Positions 60,701-64,000 of a stretch of DNA of 64,000 bases are shown here, piece by piece. The notes beneath the pieces were generated by a model. It did not search any database. It was not told where the DNA came from and saw only the letters and a list, made by a program, of their open reading frames with translations. The translations under genes and the position numbers were made by a program. The stretch is from Lentisphaerota bacterium (GTDB taxonomy: Bacteria > Verrucomicrobiota > Lentisphaeria > Victivallales > Victivallaceae). The stretch lies in contig JBAWXM010000001.1 in NCBI GenBank assembly GCA_037144075.1, forward strand, positions 910 to 64,909, read 5' to 3'. Positions within the stretch are counted from its first letter, which is position 1; every line of letters starts with the position of its first letter.

Positions 60701-61156
60701 ATCGTCATCGCTGCCCAGTCTGATTCTTATCTCCTGTGCGCGGGGCGACTCGATATAGCAAGCAGCAAAAAAAACGAAATGATCCTTGATCGGCGGAAAC
60801 ACCTCGTCCATGAGAATTTTGCGTGGATTGGAAAAACTCATTTCCTTCCATTCGGAAGTAATGGTGCGGCTGTTGCGCACGCCCCATTCGTTTGTCACGT
60901 CGAGGGCCACGATCATCTTTGACTCGTCGGCCAGAAAGACGGTTTCGTATTTTTTCCCCGGCACCGGTCTTGCGTTCGCTTCACCATTCAAAAAATCGGT
61001 ATCCAGTCCGGTTCCGCCATCCTGGCCTTTGACCTCGTAGCTGGGAAAGGGACCGCAGATGAGCCAGCGGGAAATAAAACCATCATTGTCGCCAGCGCAA
61101 ACGCCAAGGGCGCATATAGCAATCAGGCAGTTAACTATCAGCATTTTCATTTTCAA
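57770..61156 (-). CDS. Secreted GH2-family glycoside hydrolase (1128 aa) with N-terminal lectin-like domain and internal coiled-coil insert
   Basis: A signal peptide is present. MRNHPSILIWSIDNELV is the GH2 NHPS..WS..NE acid/base block. The coiled-coil-like segment spans about aa 322-390 (nt 59987-60193). Confidence 0.8.
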   Translation of the reverse strand: MKMKMLIVNCLIAICALGVCAGDNDGFISRWLICGPFPSYEVKGQDGGTGLDTDFLNGEANARPVPGKKYETVFLADESKMIVALDVTNEWGVRNSRTITSEWKEMSFSNPRKILMDEVFPPIKDHFVFFAACYIESPRAQEIRIRLGSDDDHKLYLNGEMIGRAPTCQDATPRFVYKAKLKRGLNLLLLKVVDRIFDCGFCLTLEKPDGSVLDNVKLYADSPARKLGAEAYDNGFAVNFNVPAKTLYDDDKKMQLNIRFFAPDQNPYTLKLGEKQTTLTNDGTWELEVPLRAGNVELCCRVFDADGKDVAELSRQLQVYSRTTLKQQRAKLEREAEVLKRQQEALRSELAANRDRLNKAKRELELARKSAEDNYAKIRKEAEKDAAASIDERFKPAPGLRSSLLLNGVWRAGEKQEKLDSSLRLPLEMYGPYYRLWNYPDDIYSNQKNRFSVKMCPLPGYKDCVFNELICSKKVTFEQDFTFDGTGGDVYFVCDNIIGNAEVFCNGASCGKYSGTVGLVEMKLKNLKKDKNTLRIDYSVTPLITDQEASCYGIVGDLRLEYRNPVHVADVWIRPSWRKASLLLTSEIFNPEKTPVSYKLLQYAVRNDHVKFRFPEKSGRLAPDEVTIVDQEAKWRDPELYSLENPCLYDLVSDLYIDDRLVDRKVDSFGFREFWIHGLDFFYNGKRFQLQGDLGVRTFAVGKAREVIFPLLRHDNINILRLHDAYCHTRPDVAEAADRYGMFLIAQLYPQGDFSRKKDSSLIKQFGSADAFRRSSFHKLNLNNYRNWHRLMRNHPSILIWSIDNELVTPGCDSRGLEKRNEIVDDIADTYYEFVKSLDPELIVTRDGDSCTYDSGHYRFRADTPANVHYPEFHKDWFVYDWQRKFEYRPALFGETLYCSYVWGDWPGPESPRVEKKAKQIRETVRLYREQGIPAAIYMGLSLDGFVELKADGSGSPWGVTEVPKKQRAERPANWHNGRPENEYPYIRINWPSASGRGIRPEYQRNEIYGFGYMGINWSSGKYLSHVRNAVNDAYRDSLIPQPPLADPQIAEVIVVAEPDVDVYTTLSDGRRYGVRADEKGLAWFILNGKGIYEFEWAGRKKKIDLSGPRDYASSPGLDKVPIVPLKN

Positions 61157-61216
61157 GATTTTTCCAATCCTTTTATTGATCAGCTCATTTGCATTTGATT
61201 TAATTTTACCGTATTA

Positions 61217-61549
61217 TCAGGACAATCCTGCCGCTACCTCGAACTCCCATGATACTAGAAACTTGCCATCATCCAGGAATTTAACTGTTCTGATCGTTTT
61301 AACTTCAGGCTTTACCCATGTATGGATGATTTCTTTAGCATTTTGTAGCAAATCAGGAGTGCCGGACATTGGATCAGAGACTTTCTTCCAGTTTTCATCC
61401 ATGATTGTCAAAGTGTCATCGACCAGTACCGGTGCGTTATTTTCGGTTATACGCAACTTGCCATTATCGCTAAAACCGACCTTCAAATCCCCGGAATACG
61501 CCGCTAAGTTCAATAGTGACATTAACGTCATCAACAGCATTTTTTTCAT
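61217..61549 (-). CDS. Small secreted protein (110 aa), unknown function
   Basis: The signal-like start is MKKMLLMTLMSLLNLAAYSG. It lies between the prepilin-like gene and the GH2-like gene on the same strand. Confidence 0.45.
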   Translation of the reverse strand: MKKMLLMTLMSLLNLAAYSGDLKVGFSDNGKLRITENNAPVLVDDTLTIMDENWKKVSDPMSGTPDLLQNAKEIIHTWVKPEVKTIRTVKFLDDGKFLVSWEFEVAAGLS

Positions 61550-61613
61550 AACTATCCTTGATATCCAGCAGTGGTGAATTTTTATTTTGACTTATCTATT
61601 CATCAAAGCAACT

Positions 61614-62339
61614 CTACATGTTTTTCCAGAAAATGGCGGCATTGCCAACCGTGGCTACGCTGCCGTTTATCGGGATATTATCCCGGCGTTTAGCGGCAAC
61701 ATGCCCGTCAACAAAACCGATATTGGCACCGGAAAGACCTAAGTGACGCCAGAATGCGCCGGTGCCATCGACCATTCCGTCCGAAGTTTCACGCTGATTG
61801 GCCATGCCGTCCGGCCAACTGCCCACTTTGCTTATATCAAAAATCAGCGCTGTCGCGGTAGGCATTCTCATTTTATTAAAATTGCGAATGATCAGTCCGC
61901 TGGTGCTATTGCCGTTACCGTTGTTTTCAGTCGCAACATTGGTATTGATCCCGTAATGAATTGACGCCTTGGTTTCGTCAAACTCTTTCGAACTGGGGCA
62001 GGCAAATGGGCCAATCGGGCGTTTTGTTCCTCCACCAGTGGTATACAATACAGGATTTATCGTCGGATTATAAATCCTCATTAACGCATCCTGCCACTTC
62101 CCGGCGGTGTTGCTGCTGCCGTTCGCAAAATTTCCCTTATTCGCCGGAACGAGTTTATAGGTGTCAACATACATTATTATATATAAGGCCACCTGTTTTA
62201 AGTTGTTTGAACACTTAGTCTCTTTAGCCTTTTCCCTGGCTTTATTCAATGCAGGAAGCAGCATTGATGCCAGAATTGTGATGATAGATATGACAACCAG
62301 TAATTCTATGAGCGTAAATAAGTTAAACTTGCACTTCAT
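61614..62339 (-). CDS. Prepilin-type N-terminal domain protein (pseudopilin-like)
   Basis: [51 protein letters not shown] at the N-terminus. The C-terminal motif is [18 protein letters not shown]. Confidence 0.85.
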   Translation of the reverse strand: MKCKFNLFTLIELLVVISIITILASMLLPALNKAREKAKETKCSNNLKQVALYIIMYVDTYKLVPANKGNFANGSSNTAGKWQDALMRIYNPTINPVLYTTGGGTKRPIGPFACPSSKEFDETKASIHYGINTNVATENNGNGNSTSGLIIRNFNKMRMPTATALIFDISKVGSWPDGMANQRETSDGMVDGTGAFWRHLGLSGANIGFVDGHVAAKRRDNIPINGSVATVGNAAIFWKNM

Positions 62340-62513
62340 TGTAGTTGCTCCTTTATTGCATTTATGATTGATTTGGATTGCTTGCTGTTTATAAGTTTAC
62401 AATTAAATCCGTCATAAAGCAATAGCCTGTTTGTTAACACAGAAGACACTTATTAACTATAATGACATTTGTAATTATTGTATTTGTCCTTTTGGTTAAG
62501 TCATGTCGGAAAA

Positions 62514-63431
62514 TTATTTCATATGTGTTGCACGGTATTCTCGCGGGTACATGCCAAATTTACGTTTAAATGCTACCGAAAATTGCTGAAGTGAACTAAA
62601 TCCGGTAGATTTACTTAAATCGGTTATTTCAGTTGTGCTGTTAAGCAGGAGATTCAAGGCGCGTTCAAGACGCGATTCGAGCATGTACTGGTTAATGGTT
62701 TTATTCTCGGAAGCTTTAAAAATACGGTTAAGTTGACGACCGCTAAGGTGAAACATATCCTCAAAGTCAGACAGATACACTGGACGGTTGATATAATTTT
62801 CTATTCTCAGTTTTATTTCTCCGACGAGATTGGATGTTTTGTCCAGCGCCCATAGTTCGGCATGGAAGTTTTTGAATAAGGCTGGATCAAAATTTAGCTG
62901 GATCATCTTTAAAAGCAGTTCCTGGAAGCGCATTTTTACAATATTTGCACTCAATTCCGAAGTATCGCCAACATAGCTGGAAATAAATTCAAAATCACGA
63001 AAAAAGTCACCTGGCAATTTTACTTGATAAGAGCTTTTTTTTATCAGGCTGTCAAAATGCATCAACTGCTTTATTCCTGATTTGTTTATCGGTTCACAGT
63101 TAAAAAACACTGAGAAAATAATACTGCCCTCGGAGATTTCATGTTGATGCAAGAGAAGCGGAGGGTAAAAAAAACCTTTCTTATGCTCCACATGCAGTGA
63201 TAGCTTGCGGCCGTCGATTAAAGTAGACATTTCCCCGGCAAACATGACTGAAAACTCATAATTTGGACGTTGATGTTCGTCAATGACGTATTTGTGATCA
63301 AAGATATTAGTCTTGAAACTTAACGTTTTGATCTCGAAGTTACCTATTTTGAAAGTTGGTAAGCTATCGATAATATCAATCATGGCTAGATTGGCTGCTT
63401 CGAACTTATCTCTTTGCTCTGGCGTTATCAT
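62514..63431 (-). CDS. AraC-family transcriptional regulator
   Basis: The C-terminal HTH pair reads DMFHLSGRQLNRIFKASENKTINQYM ... LSKSTGFSSLQQFSVAFKRKFGMYPREYR. Confidence 0.85.
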   Translation of the reverse strand: MITPEQRDKFEAANLAMIDIIDSLPTFKIGNFEIKTLSFKTNIFDHKYVIDEHQRPNYEFSVMFAGEMSTLIDGRKLSLHVEHKKGFFYPPLLLHQHEISEGSIIFSVFFNCEPINKSGIKQLMHFDSLIKKSSYQVKLPGDFFRDFEFISSYVGDTSELSANIVKMRFQELLLKMIQLNFDPALFKNFHAELWALDKTSNLVGEIKLRIENYINRPVYLSDFEDMFHLSGRQLNRIFKASENKTINQYMLESRLERALNLLLNSTTEITDLSKSTGFSSLQQFSVAFKRKFGMYPREYRATHMK

Positions 63432-63741
63432 TATTCTTTTTGAACTTGCTCTATTAATGTTTTACGATTGCTTCAAGTATTAACCTAAATTGCCCCTGTC
63501 GATTTTCAATCTGAACTGAAATGAAACAACAAAAAAAGTAATCACCCATTTTTAACGAACTCATAGCGGATTCACTTTTAGTGGAATAAGTTGAAACAGA
63601 TAACTTTGTATTTAGTCATAATAATATTATTGCAAAGCACTTAAGAATATTGTGTTGACAAATTCACTATATGTAGATACGCGACGCTTCAGATTCTGAA
63701 ACGCTAAAATTCTAAATTTATCGTATAGGAATTTGTATTTT

Positions 63742-63956
63742 AACAGGGATAGACAGGATATGCAGGATAAGAAAAACCGTTTCATCCCGCAGGCGCGGGA
63801 ACATGAAGGTAATGAAGAAAATACATGTAGTCAGTGAATGCATGCGGCGTAACCGCATTCATCCGCTGACTCCGTTTTTTGTTCCTATTTCGTGTCTTTT
63901 TGTGTTTTTCGTGGTAAGAAATGGATTCCTCTGTGCCTTTGTGTCTTTGTGGTTAA
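63742..63956 (+). repeat. Chimeric repeat: family A motif plus a partial MITE-like element
   Basis: It starts with AACAGGGATAGACAGGATATGCAGGATAAGAAAAA and contains the CCCGCAGGCGCGGG hairpin. It ends AAATGGATTCCTCTGTGCCTTTGTGTCTTTGTGGTTAA, matching the outer end of 4438-4643. The interior differs. Confidence 0.6.
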
Positions 63957-64000
63957 AGTCCCGGCACGGCCGGTTAAGTATATAAAAATTAAGACAAAAC

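Overview
This 64 kb window is a carbohydrate-utilisation accessory region with mosaic base composition. It most plausibly comes from a PVC-superphylum bacterium (Lentisphaerota/Victivallales-like). That assignment is an inference from the many prepilin-like FTLIELLVV genes, not a database result. I support about 40 protein-coding genes. They include a 5'-partial Tad-like pseudopilin cluster and a beta-carbonic anhydrase flanked by two inverted ~207-nt MITE-like repeats. There is an AraC-controlled GH35 plus LacZ-type GH2 beta-galactosidase pair, then several glycan-degradation loci. The enzymes in those loci are a GH-A giant enzyme, an alginate-lyase-like protein, an ADP-ribosylglycohydrolase, GHL10-like and GHL6-like proteins, GH4, a NagB-like protein, a GH2 beta-mannosidase, a GH2-like protein with a coiled-coil insert and a BNR/sialidase-like protein. 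The same module recurs five times: a sugar-type regulator, then a prepilin-like (H-X9-DG type) gene, then secreted enzymes or unknown secreted proteins. Intergenic DNA carries several short interspersed repeat families, a ~225-nt conserved element present twice, gene-decay remnants (three pseudogene fragments) and recognisable sigma70-like promoters with palindromic operator candidates. I saw no rRNA, tRNA or CRISPR array. All coordinates for non-ORF features were hand-counted from the printed sequence and may be off by 1-2 nt.
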